Of a stretch of 64,000 nucleotides of DNA, positions 37,945 through 46,168 are shown one piece after another. The first letter of the stretch is position 1; each line of letters starts with the position of its first letter. Source of the stretch: a bacterium BMS3Bbin08 (GTDB lineage Bacteria; Nitrospirota; Thermodesulfovibrionia; UBA6902; BMS3Bbin08); assembly GCA_002897775.1 (NCBI GenBank), contig BDTR01000025.1:454-64453 (forward strand), written 5' to 3'. The translations under genes and the position numbers were made by a program. The notes under the pieces are model-generated. The model was not told where the DNA came from and searched no databases. It saw only the letters and a program-made list of their open reading frames with translations.

Positions 37945-38070
37945 CCTGCCTGCAGGCCCCTGGGCAGAGGAGGAATATGGAACTTTACGGGCAGGCCCGC
38001 CTACCGGCAGGCACACCCATGATATCTTAAATTACCCGCCTACGTCCCAACATATGTCGGGACTTCGTCG
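37945..38070. repeat. REP-like composite element, copy 2
   Basis: Starts cctgcctgc like copy 1. Contains gggcaggcccgcctaccggcaggc (homologous to 56191-56214) and the hairpin gtcccaacatatgtcgggac (compare 11827-11844). Confidence 0.65.
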
Positions 38071-38071
38071 A

Positions 38072-38182
38072 GGTTATCCGCCAAAACATGTAGGAACCTG
38101 CTCCTTCAGTGACATCTCGCCGAAGCACTCTGTTCGCGTTCATCCACGGGTAAACCCGTGGTGTTCCGCGAAGGCGGATAAC
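38072..38182. other. nested-hairpin element (possible structured RNA or REP cluster) in the nramp-mtnA spacer
   Basis: Outer 10-bp pairing gttatccgcc / ggcggataac (38073-82 / 38173-82). Inner pairings are ttcgcg / cgcgaa and ccacggg-taaa-cccgtgg. The transcribed strand is unknown. Confidence 0.35.
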
Positions 38183-38225
38183 TGTAAATTTATTATATAC
38201 TGAATATTGCGCCGGAGTAAAACTA

Positions 38226-39458
38226 CTATTTCACCGGAACAGCTACCATGACCAGAAGCGTAGTTGTCAGGACTATTAAAACACCAATTGTGCCCCAGGA
38301 TATATAATTGTACGCCTTTGAATTCGTATACTCTCCCATGATCTTCCTGTTGTTAACAAGAGAGATCGCGAATACAAGAACAAAAGGAAGCAGGATACCG
38401 TTTAATACCGATGACAGAACCATTAAAAGGATCAGCGGGGCGTTCGGGATCAGCACCAGCAGGGCTGAAACGGTTATGAGCGCGGTATATATCCACATGA
38501 ACTGTGGCGCCTCTTTAAAACTCTTGTTCACTCCGGCTTCCCACCCCATGGCCTCGCATATGTAATACGCTGTCGCGAGCGGCACAATAATAGCTCCCAG
38601 GATCGAGGCGTTCGCAAGGCTCACGGCAAACAGGGTGGACGCATGCTGTCCTGCAAAGGGCGTCAGCGCGATCGCCGCCTCCTTCGCGTCATTTATTCTT
38701 ATACCGTCAGGGAATAACGTCGTTGCGCAGGTCACTATTATAAAAAAAGCTACTATATTGGTTATAAAACATCCGGCGACAACATCAAGCTTTGAAAACT
38801 TATAGTTTTCCTTTTTGATCCCTTTTTCAGCTATTGACGACTGAAGATAGAACTGCATCCACGGCGTTATGGTGGTCCCTATTATTGCTATTGAAAGCAT
38901 GATAAATTCAGGTTCCCACTTTATCTTCGGTACAAGAGTGCTCTGGAGGACATCCCCCCATTTCGGACCTGCCATAATGCCTGAGAAAATATATCCGAAA
39001 TAAAGCAGGCACGCCCCGAGAAGCACGATCTCCACAGTCCTGTAACTGCCTCTTGTGACAAGGAGCCATACGCCAAAGGCACCCAGAGGGACCATGAAAT
39101 ACTTGCTTAAACCGAACATTTCCATACTTGCGGCCCATCCGGCGAATTCCGCGACAGTTGTGCCGAAGTTCGCTATTAAAAGGACCATCATCATGTAAAA
39201 GGTTGTCTTTACGCCGTAATTTTCCCTGATAAGGTCGGAAAGCCCCTTTCCTGTCACAACGCCCATACGCGCCACCATTTCCTGGGTGACTATAAGGGCC
39301 ACTGTTGTAGGGATCAGGATCCACAACAACGCATATCCATACCGCGCTCCCGCGACCGAATAAGTGGTGATACCGGAAGCGTCATTGTCAATGGAAGCGG
39401 TTATGATACCCGGCCCTATTACGGATAGCAGAATAATAAAACTCTTCCACCTGCTCAT
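38226..39458 (-). CDS. NRAMP-family transporter with non-canonical metal-site motifs
   Basis: 410 aa with about 11 TM segments and an NRAMP-like layout. TM1 reads SIDNDASG where canonical NRAMPs have DPGN. TM6 reads TITPWMQFYLQSS where they have MPHN. Confidence 0.8.
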   Translation of the reverse strand: MSRWKSFIILLSVIGPGIITASIDNDASGITTYSVAGARYGYALLWILIPTTVALIVTQEMVARMGVVTGKGLSDLIRENYGVKTTFYMMMVLLIANFGTTVAEFAGWAASMEMFGLSKYFMVPLGAFGVWLLVTRGSYRTVEIVLLGACLLYFGYIFSGIMAGPKWGDVLQSTLVPKIKWEPEFIMLSIAIIGTTITPWMQFYLQSSIAEKGIKKENYKFSKLDVVAGCFITNIVAFFIIVTCATTLFPDGIRINDAKEAAIALTPFAGQHASTLFAVSLANASILGAIIVPLATAYYICEAMGWEAGVNKSFKEAPQFMWIYTALITVSALLVLIPNAPLILLMVLSSVLNGILLPFVLVFAISLVNNRKIMGEYTNSKAYNYISWGTIGVLIVLTTTLLVMVAVPVK

Positions 39459-40717
39459 ACCCTCCTCCTTTTTCTTTTGGATAAAGGCGGCAGGAGAATA
39501 TCCATGATGTCATCTATGGTCACCATGCCAAGAAGAACTCCGTCATCGTCTATCACGGGTATGGCAAGAAGATTATATTTGGATATAATTTCAGCAACGT
39601 CATACTGGTCTGTATCCGGGGTCACAGTCTTGAGCTTTGTCTCCATTATTTCGGATAGCGGTTCATCCGGTGCTGAAAGCAGCACGTCCTTGAGGGAAGT
39701 TACGCCCAGGAGCTTCTCATCCTCATCAACGATGTATATATAATAAACGGTTTCCACATTGTGGGCATCTATTTTGAATTTCTCAATAGCGTCTATTGCC
39801 TTCAGGTCCGGATCATACGCGATAAATTCATTTGTCATAAGGCCGCCCGCGGTATCTTCCTCATGGCTCAGCAGTTCCTGGATGTCCTGGGCCTCTCCCT
39901 TTTCTATGGACTCAAGCAGTTCCTGGGCTTTTTCCGACGGAAGCTCTCCAAGCAGGTCAGCTGCCTCATCAGGCGGCATACGTTCTACAATGTCCGACGC
40001 AAAGTCCTTATCAAGGCTTTGTATGATCCCCTTTTGCGCGTCAGGTTCCAGTTCATGGATCGCTTCCGCGGCAACGTTGGGATCAAGGCCTTCGAATAAG
40101 GCCATCCTCTCTTCATGGGACACCTTGCTTATGATGTCCGCTATGTCAGCCGGATGAAGGGCGGAAACCATTTGACGCGGAACGGTCAGGGATATTGTCG
40201 TCAGCTTCGGCTCCAGCGGCTGAATATAGTTCCACGGGATCAGGTTATGGGAAAGGGTCTTTCCAAAGAGCCGGTAGAGTTTCTCACCTTTTCGTTCTAT
40301 TCCAAAGCGCCTCAGTATGCCCCGCATACCCACATCAACAGCACCCAGGCACGCGCTGCCGTTCATACCCTCCAGCCTTATATCATTGACCCTTACTACT
40401 TTGGCCCCGTTAGCGTCTACGATCTGTTTGTCAAAAATATCCCTTACAATAAGCAGGTCATCTTCGGAAAACTCATAGGGTTTGATCTTTAAAGCGTACA
40501 CTCTCGAGGATATGATACGTTTATTGAAAATGCCTATAACGTCCCAGCCCAGGCGGTAATGCGTGTTTTTTTTCTCCAGTATAAGCGCGGATACCCGGGG
40601 CAGAGCGTCCCCTCTGACAACAACAAAATCCCTTACCCTCCCAAGTTCCTCCCCTTTGGGATCAAGTGCGGGTTTTTTGAGAAGTTCGCTTACAAAAAGT
40701 TCACCGAAAAGAGGCAT
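39455..40717 (-). CDS. soluble PRC-barrel + MgtE N-domain + CBS-pair protein (MgtE cytoplasmic sensor module without a membrane pore)
   Basis: 420 aa. LHPADIADII..., RMPPDEAADLLGELP, HEEDTAGGLMTNEF and two CBS repeats. It ends at ...ILLPPLSKRKRRRV with no TM domain. The stop overlaps the NRAMP ATG (ATGA). Confidence 0.8.
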   Translation of the reverse strand: MPLFGELFVSELLKKPALDPKGEELGRVRDFVVVRGDALPRVSALILEKKNTHYRLGWDVIGIFNKRIISSRVYALKIKPYEFSEDDLLIVRDIFDKQIVDANGAKVVRVNDIRLEGMNGSACLGAVDVGMRGILRRFGIERKGEKLYRLFGKTLSHNLIPWNYIQPLEPKLTTISLTVPRQMVSALHPADIADIISKVSHEERMALFEGLDPNVAAEAIHELEPDAQKGIIQSLDKDFASDIVERMPPDEAADLLGELPSEKAQELLESIEKGEAQDIQELLSHEEDTAGGLMTNEFIAYDPDLKAIDAIEKFKIDAHNVETVYYIYIVDEDEKLLGVTSLKDVLLSAPDEPLSEIMETKLKTVTPDTDQYDVAEIISKYNLLAIPVIDDDGVLLGMVTIDDIMDILLPPLSKRKRRRV

Positions 40718-40733
40718 GATTAACTCGCAAAAA

Positions 40734-40768
40734 CGTTATTCGTTATTGGTTATCAGTTATTAGTTGAA
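40734..40768. repeat. 7-nt tandem array (CGTTATT CGTTATT GGTTATC AGTTATT AGTTGAA)
   Basis: Read directly. Starts 16 nt upstream of the ATG at 40717. Confidence 0.75.
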
Positions 40769-40912
40769 TGAAAGTATACCTAAGGAAAGCGGCTTTCAGC
40801 AACCTCAAAGTTGAGAAAACCATTTTAGATTTGTGGTCACCCTTCAGGCAAGCACAATGCATGGATTTGTTTACTATTGTATTCGCTCGCATCCACTCGC
40901 TTTACATTTTTT

Positions 40913-40947
40913 CTCTCTACCCGTTGCTCGCTACCCGCTGCTTTCTG
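40913..40947. repeat. CTCGCTA-family heptamer array, left copy (CTCTCTA CCCGTTG CTCGCTA CCCGCTG CTTTCTG)
   Basis: Near-perfect inverted copy of 41533-41567. Overlaps the stop codon of the Gx-transporter gene. Confidence 0.7.
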
Positions 40948-41521
40948 AGGAAAGAATTCCTCTGCTGTCTTTCCGGTCAGCAGGTCCCTGCACCTTCTTT
41001 ATTATCAGGCTTGTAACTATCCCGTTAAAGGCCCCGGTCAACGCGCCAAAAAGGATAATCACCGGGCTTATCAATACTATCGCTTCAAACCTTCTGACAA
41101 AGAACAGATATGCCAGTAAAAGCTGGACAATGTTGTGGGTAAGAGCGCCCATGATGCTGATGCCTATGGGGCTGAAAAGTCGTTTACATAGGACTTTTGT
41201 GTACCACATAACCAGCGTACTTGAGACCCCGGCGCCGAGACTCAGAGCGAAAGCAGGGCCGAGAAATGTTCCTGCAAAAAGACTCCCGACAAAAACCCTT
41301 ACCAGCATAACTGTCACACCTGCCTTTAAACCATAAAGCAGAAGAGTGGTGAGCGTTATAATGCTGCTGAAGCCGAACCTGAGCCACGGAATGGGCCTGG
41401 GTATCAGCGTCTCGATGCTGTACAGACCTACCGCATAAGCGGCCAGAAGCGCTATATGAAATATCTCTGCTTTTTTTTCTCCGTTGATATCGGGAAACGC
41501 GTTATTGGCTGAACCGTTCAT
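40931..41521 (-). CDS. Gx-transporter family membrane protein (heptaprenyl-diphosphate-synthase-component-I-like, PF07456-type)
   Basis: About 196 aa from the ATG at 41521 (MNGSANNAF...), with 5-6 TM segments. The family impression is supported by the usual ApbE / NusG-II / Gx gene order. The ORF-track start at 41596 runs through the repeat array and is rejected. Confidence 0.65.
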   Translation of the reverse strand: MNGSANNAFPDINGEKKAEIFHIALLAAYAVGLYSIETLIPRPIPWLRFGFSSIITLTTLLLYGLKAGVTVMLVRVFVGSLFAGTFLGPAFALSLGAGVSSTLVMWYTKVLCKRLFSPIGISIMGALTHNIVQLLLAYLFFVRRFEAIVLISPVIILFGALTGAFNGIVTSLIIKKVQGPADRKDSRGILSSESSG

Positions 41522-41532
41522 ATCTAATACAC

Positions 41533-41567
41533 GAAAGTAGCGGGTAGCGAGCAACGAGTAGAGAGAA
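41533..41567. repeat. CTCGCTA-family heptamer array, right inverted copy
   Basis: The reverse complement reads TTCTCTC TACTCGT TGCTCGC TACCCGC TACTTTC. Starts 11 nt upstream of the ATG at 41521. Confidence 0.7.
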
Positions 41568-41600
41568 CAATACATGGATCTAAATTCCACAATCAAAAAT

Positions 41601-41635
41601 CTTGCTACTCTCTACTTTCTACTTGCTACTTTATT
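41601..41635. repeat. 7-nt tandem array (CTTGCTA CTCTCTA CTTTCTA CTTGCTA CTTTATT)
   Basis: Read directly. Its orientation is opposite to the array 34 nt to its left, so the two could form an imperfect long hairpin. Confidence 0.7.
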
Positions 41636-41814
41636 AAAAAACGCTTGTTTAAAGTTGTCGATACTGGTGTCGGACTTGAAGCCCGGTGAAGATACTCGAC
41701 CAGGCCTGACCAGCTTTCTGCATCGATCTACGAGTTTTCATACCAGCTTCCACATCCATAACCGTGCTTCAAAAAACAGGTCACCCGTCACGTGTTACCT
41801 GTCACTGTTGTTAT

Positions 41815-42231
41815 TTATTTCGTGACCGCGTCGAAATCGCCGGCATGGGAATGCTGTTTATCGCCGCCCACAGACACCACCACCCTGTTCGGAAGGCACA
41901 CTATCGCTCCCCTGTCCACCCAGCCCTGGCGAACACACAGCTTTTGAGGGCATGGCGCGTCTTTCATACGGACCTTACCGTCCTTTATTTCTATTATATT
42001 ATCGCCAAGAGGGCCTTTAACACTGACAACGCGGTCTTCATCAAGGTAAAGCTTATAAACTGTTGTGTCATCAACACTGATATTAACAAGATTACCCGCG
42101 GGCAGCAGGTCATCCATAAAGGAAAACCCTGCTATAGCCAGGGCCACCAGCAGAAAAAAGAGAAGCTTGTCCATAAAGGTCGCCATACTTAAGACGCCGC
42201 CAGTTCTCAGGTCTTTAATCAGCCTCTTCAA
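41815..42231 (-). CDS. NusG domain II-containing (DUF1312-like) membrane-anchored protein
   Basis: 138 aa. One TM segment then GDNIIEIKDGKVRMKDAPCPQKLCVRQGW, which is typical of this family. The true start may be one of the internal Met codons (42186 or 42174). Confidence 0.7.
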   Translation of the reverse strand: MKRLIKDLRTGGVLSMATFMDKLLFFLLVALAIAGFSFMDDLLPAGNLVNISVDDTTVYKLYLDEDRVVSVKGPLGDNIIEIKDGKVRMKDAPCPQKLCVRQGWVDRGAIVCLPNRVVVSVGGDKQHSHAGDFDAVTK

Positions 42232-43228
42232 TATTTATTTTCCCCCTGAGGTTTTTCGTTATATGAACTTTTCTGTCCGCGTCGACTATTATTCCATCAA
42301 GCCCCATGGATTCAAGCAGTTTTATCCCTTTTTCGCGCCCGAGTATAAAGATCCCGGTGGAAAGCCCGTCAGCCATATAGCCGTCAGGAGCTATTACAGA
42401 CACGCTGATGACGCCGGCGGCAGCCGGATAACCTGTTTCCGGGTCCAGAATATGGTGATAGCGCTTGCCGTCCTTTATAAAAAACCTCTGGTAATCACCG
42501 GACGTTGATACGGCCTCTCCATTGAGATGGAGGCTGGCAATAATATCTTTAGTCCTGTCCGGCTTTTTTGCGTCCGGCGTACGGGGGTTTTGAACGCCAA
42601 CGTTCCACGGCCTGTTTCCGGGCTTTGAACCAAAGCCCTTTATGTCTCCCGCGACAGCAACAAGTGCCGCTTTTATGCCTCTTGCTTTTATGGCCTCGAC
42701 CGCCATATCAGCGGCATATCCTTTTGCTATCCCGCCGAGCTCTATCTTCATGCCCTTTTCTTCCAGCAGGACCTCTGAAGCAGAGGGGTCAGCCTTAATT
42801 TTCTTATAACCGACAGATCGAAGAGCCAGCTTGATCTCACGTTCGCCGGGAACGACAGGGTGCTCAGGGTCCTGGCCGGAGAAATCCCACAGTTCAGTTA
42901 ATGGCGCTACCGAGGGATCAAAGGCCCCATAAGTGATATCCGCGACTTCTATTGCCTTTTGAATAAGCCCGAAGGTTTCTTTACTCACCATGACTGGAGA
43001 ACTTCCGGCCGCATTGTTGATCGCCGTAACTTCACTGTCTGAGGAGAAAAAACTCAGCCGTTGTTCAAGTATTTCTATACTGTCAAACCCCGCGCCGATC
43101 GCCTTCCCGGCCTGTTTTTCAGAAGGGCTGACCACTGTAATGGTACAAAGCGTATCCATTACAAAACGGCTTTCCTTGAAAACCCTGTCCTGTCTGGCAC
43201 ACGCCGTTAAAAACAGAGCACAGAACAT
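42215..43228 (-). CDS. apbE: ApbE-family FAD:protein FMN transferase lipoprotein
   Basis: AFDPSVAPL, GGIAKGYAAD, TSGDYQRFF motifs and lipobox LTAC. The start is placed at the ATG at 43228. A TTG at 43234 or 43237 is possible because the signal peptide is short. Confidence 0.85.
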   Translation of the reverse strand: MFCALFLTACARQDRVFKESRFVMDTLCTITVVSPSEKQAGKAIGAGFDSIEILEQRLSFFSSDSEVTAINNAAGSSPVMVSKETFGLIQKAIEVADITYGAFDPSVAPLTELWDFSGQDPEHPVVPGEREIKLALRSVGYKKIKADPSASEVLLEEKGMKIELGGIAKGYAADMAVEAIKARGIKAALVAVAGDIKGFGSKPGNRPWNVGVQNPRTPDAKKPDRTKDIIASLHLNGEAVSTSGDYQRFFIKDGKRYHHILDPETGYPAAAGVISVSVIAPDGYMADGLSTGIFILGREKGIKLLESMGLDGIIVDADRKVHITKNLRGKINIEEAD

Positions 43229-43240
43229 AAACAACAAAAG

Positions 43241-43275
43241 GATGAGGGATGAGGGATGAGGGATGAAGGATGAAT
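43241..43275. repeat. 7-nt tandem array (GATGAGG x3, GATGAAG, GATGAAT)
   Basis: Read directly. Starts 12 nt upstream of the apbE ATG. Confidence 0.85.
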
Positions 43276-43307
43276 TGTTTTTTTGTCTTCCGGACTCCGG
43301 GTTCTGT

Positions 43308-43342
43308 CCATCGTCCATCATCCATCGTCTATCGTCCCTCCG
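43308..43342. repeat. 7-nt tandem array (CCATCGT CCATCAT CCATCGT CTATCGT CCCTCCG), flanked by GGGTTCT repeats
   Basis: Read directly. CCGGGTTCTG occurs at 43297 and 43340, and GGGTTCTGGGTTCT at 43371-43384. Confidence 0.8.
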
Positions 43343-43434
43343 GGTTCTGTTGCCTGTTACATAATTCGTGGGTTCTGGGTTCTGCCTGCCCAGTGGCGAA
43401 GTTGCTCGGGGGGGGCTGAGTTCCAACATGTTTC

Positions 43435-45990
43435 TCACGCTACCGCCTCTCCAGCAGGCAGTTTTCTCTTGAGGAACATGCCTGTATAAGATCCCGGGTC
43501 CATCGCGACTTCTTCAGGGGTTCCGGCAGCAATGATCCTGCCGCCTTCATCTCCGCCGCCCGGCCCCAGGTCAATAATATGGTCGGCTATCTTGATTATT
43601 TCAAGGTTATGTTCTATCACTACAACGCTGTTGCCGGCCTCTACAAGACCGTTCAGCACATTGACAAGTTTCTGGATATCCACGAAGTGCAATCCGGTTG
43701 TCGGCTCATCGAGTATATAGAGTGTTTTGCCTGTCGCTTTTTTGCCGAGTTCCCGGGACAGCTTTACCCTCTGCGCCTCGCCGCCTGACAACATTGTGGC
43801 TGACTGTCCAAGCTGTATGTATCCAAGACCCACACTGTCAAGCGCTGTAAGCTTGTGTTTGAGCGCGGGAATGGGACTGAAAAACTCAAGGGCCTGAGCA
43901 ACCGTCATATCAAGGATATCGGCAATATTTTTGCCTTTATATTTAATGTTCAGGGTCTCCCTGTTATACCTTTTTCCTTTGCATACCTCACAGGGGACAT
44001 AAATGTCAGGAAGGAAGTGCATAGCCACTTTTATCAGCCCGTCGCCTTTGCAAGTCTCACATCTACCGCCCGCGACATTAAAACTGAACCGACCAGGCCT
44101 GTAACCCCTCACCCTCGAATCAGGGAGATGGGAATAAAAACTCCTTATAAATGTAAATATGCCCGTGTATGTCGCGGGGTTCGAACGGGGCGTTTTACCA
44201 AGAGGGGACTGGTCTATGTCTATGACCTTGTCGATCTTCTCGATCCCGAGTATCTCTTTGTGCCTGCCGACCCTGTGCCGCAGTGAAATACCTTCAGGAA
44301 GTGCTGATGAGGCTTTTCCCCTGCGGGAATACAATTTTTTCGCAAGCGCCCTGTAGAGTATCTCAAAAACAACCGTGCTCTTGCCCGAACCCGAGACCCC
44401 TGTTATGCAGGTCAGGACACCCAGGGGTATTTTGACATCTATGTTCTTGAGGTTATGTTCCCGCGCGCCTACCACGGTAATATGGCCTCTGCACCTTCTT
44501 CTTTTTGCCGGAAGCCCGATCGTCTGGCCCCCGCGCAGATAAGAGCCGGTGGGAGAATTTTTGTTCCCGGTGATCCTTTCAGGTGATCCTTCCGCTACCA
44601 CAAAGCCTCCCCTGAGGCCCGCCGCCGGCCCCATATCTATTATGTGGTCAGCCCTCCTTATTGTGTCCTCATCATGCTCAACAACTATCACCGTATTACC
44701 CATATCCCTTAATTTGCAAAGGCTGTCCAGCAGCTTGCCATGGTCATGGGGATGCAGTCCGATACTGGGCTCGTCGAGGATATAAAGTACGCCCGTAAGT
44801 GAAGAGCCCACCTGGGTCGCAAGCCTTATCCTCTGTCCTTCTCCGCCGGAAAGTGTAAATGCCGGCCTGTTCAGGGTAAGGTAGCCCACCCCGACCTTGC
44901 TGAGGAACGAGAGTCTTTCTCTGATCTCCTTCAGGACCTTTTCGGCGATTACCTGTTCTCTTTCTCCAAGTTTAAGCCGCTCAAAAAAAACGGCCGCGTC
45001 TTCAATGGACATGTTCGAAAGTTCGCCTATGTTCATACCGTTGACCGTTACGCCCAGCGCCTCTTTCCTGAGCCTTAGTCCTTTGCACCTGGAACAGGGC
45101 CTGAGTTCTCCCATGTCCCCGCTCTCTTCCCCCATATTTTCAAATCCAATGCCCCGGCATCCGGGACACGCGCCGTAGGGGCTGTTAAAAGAAAAGAATC
45201 TCGGGCTTATCTCAGGGTAACTTATCCCGCATCCGGGGCACGCGAGCTTGCGGCTGAAAAAAATATCCTCCTGCTTTTCAATAATATTTATCACCACAAC
45301 GCTGGTAAATCTCATCGCGAGCCCGATCGCCTCGGTTACCCGCCTTTCAATGCCCGATTTAATGATAAGCCTGTCAATGACGATATCAATGTTATGTCTC
45401 TTGTGTCTGTTAAGCTTTATATCGGTCGTGAGGTCTACCATCTCCCCGTCTATTCTTGCCCTTATAAAGCCCTGTCTCCTTATTTGCCGCAGTTCTTTTT
45501 TGTATTCCCCTTTTCTGCCCATTACAACAGGGGAAAGGATCTGCACCCGTGAACCCGCCGGCAGGTTCACTAAGGAGTCAATGATCTGCCGGGTATCCTG
45601 TGTTTCCATGGGATTTCCGCACTTATAGCAGTTTCTGTCCCCGATCCTCGCGTACAGGACCCTCAGGTAGTCATATATTTCGGTTATCGTACCCAGGGTA
45701 GACCTCGGGTTTTTTGTTGTTGTCTTTTGTTCTATGGCAATGGATGGAGAGAGCCCTTCGATAAAGTCCACGTCAGGCTTTTGCATCTGTTTGAGAAACT
45801 GGCCCGCGTACGAGGAAAGGCTCTCCATATAGCGCCTGTGGCCCTCCGCGTAAAGAGTATCAAATGCCAGGGAAGACTTACCTGACCCCGACGGACCTGT
45901 AATGACCACAAGCCTGTCCCTGGGGATCCTCACATCAATATTTTTAAGGTTATGTACCTTTGCGCCTTTTACTATTATGAAGTTAAGCAT
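43435..45990 (-). CDS. uvrA: excinuclease ABC subunit A homolog, short form (851 aa)
   Basis: Two ABC ATPase modules (GPSGSGKSS, GVSGSGKST, LSGGE signatures) and Cys-pair zinc modules. It is about 90 aa shorter than the ~940-aa canonical UvrA. Confidence 0.9.
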   Translation of the reverse strand: MLNFIIVKGAKVHNLKNIDVRIPRDRLVVITGPSGSGKSSLAFDTLYAEGHRRYMESLSSYAGQFLKQMQKPDVDFIEGLSPSIAIEQKTTTKNPRSTLGTITEIYDYLRVLYARIGDRNCYKCGNPMETQDTRQIIDSLVNLPAGSRVQILSPVVMGRKGEYKKELRQIRRQGFIRARIDGEMVDLTTDIKLNRHKRHNIDIVIDRLIIKSGIERRVTEAIGLAMRFTSVVVINIIEKQEDIFFSRKLACPGCGISYPEISPRFFSFNSPYGACPGCRGIGFENMGEESGDMGELRPCSRCKGLRLRKEALGVTVNGMNIGELSNMSIEDAAVFFERLKLGEREQVIAEKVLKEIRERLSFLSKVGVGYLTLNRPAFTLSGGEGQRIRLATQVGSSLTGVLYILDEPSIGLHPHDHGKLLDSLCKLRDMGNTVIVVEHDEDTIRRADHIIDMGPAAGLRGGFVVAEGSPERITGNKNSPTGSYLRGGQTIGLPAKRRRCRGHITVVGAREHNLKNIDVKIPLGVLTCITGVSGSGKSTVVFEILYRALAKKLYSRRGKASSALPEGISLRHRVGRHKEILGIEKIDKVIDIDQSPLGKTPRSNPATYTGIFTFIRSFYSHLPDSRVRGYRPGRFSFNVAGGRCETCKGDGLIKVAMHFLPDIYVPCEVCKGKRYNRETLNIKYKGKNIADILDMTVAQALEFFSPIPALKHKLTALDSVGLGYIQLGQSATMLSGGEAQRVKLSRELGKKATGKTLYILDEPTTGLHFVDIQKLVNVLNGLVEAGNSVVVIEHNLEIIKIADHIIDLGPGGGDEGGRIIAAGTPEEVAMDPGSYTGMFLKRKLPAGEAVA

Positions 45991-46104
45991 GGAATTATCC
46001 CTTGAGACAGAAAGATATCCTTTACTATAACTTAACTTTACGGCGGGATGTCAATCAGTCAAAAAACCTTTTGCCTCCGGAACTTTCCGTTGCAGTTATG
46101 GTTT

Positions 46105-46134
46105 TTGACAAAAAGGACTTAAAAGTGCTTTAAT
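46105..46134 (+). promoter_or_regulatory. candidate sigma70 promoter for metK (TTGACA-N18-TTTAAT)
   Basis: TTGACA at 46105-46110 and TTTAAT at 46129-46134. SD ggagg at 46157-46161 precedes the ATG at 46169. Confidence 0.4.
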
Positions 46135-46168
46135 ACGAATTCAAATATTTTACCTTGGAGGAACGACT

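Noticed and set aside
45991-46168. SAM or SAH riboswitch in the metK leader, or in the mtnA leader at 37911-38225.
   Set aside because: I could not find the conserved S-box, SAM-II or SAH core sequences by eye. The metK leader is short and contains a plausible promoter plus SD. This is left open only for the 38072-38182 element.
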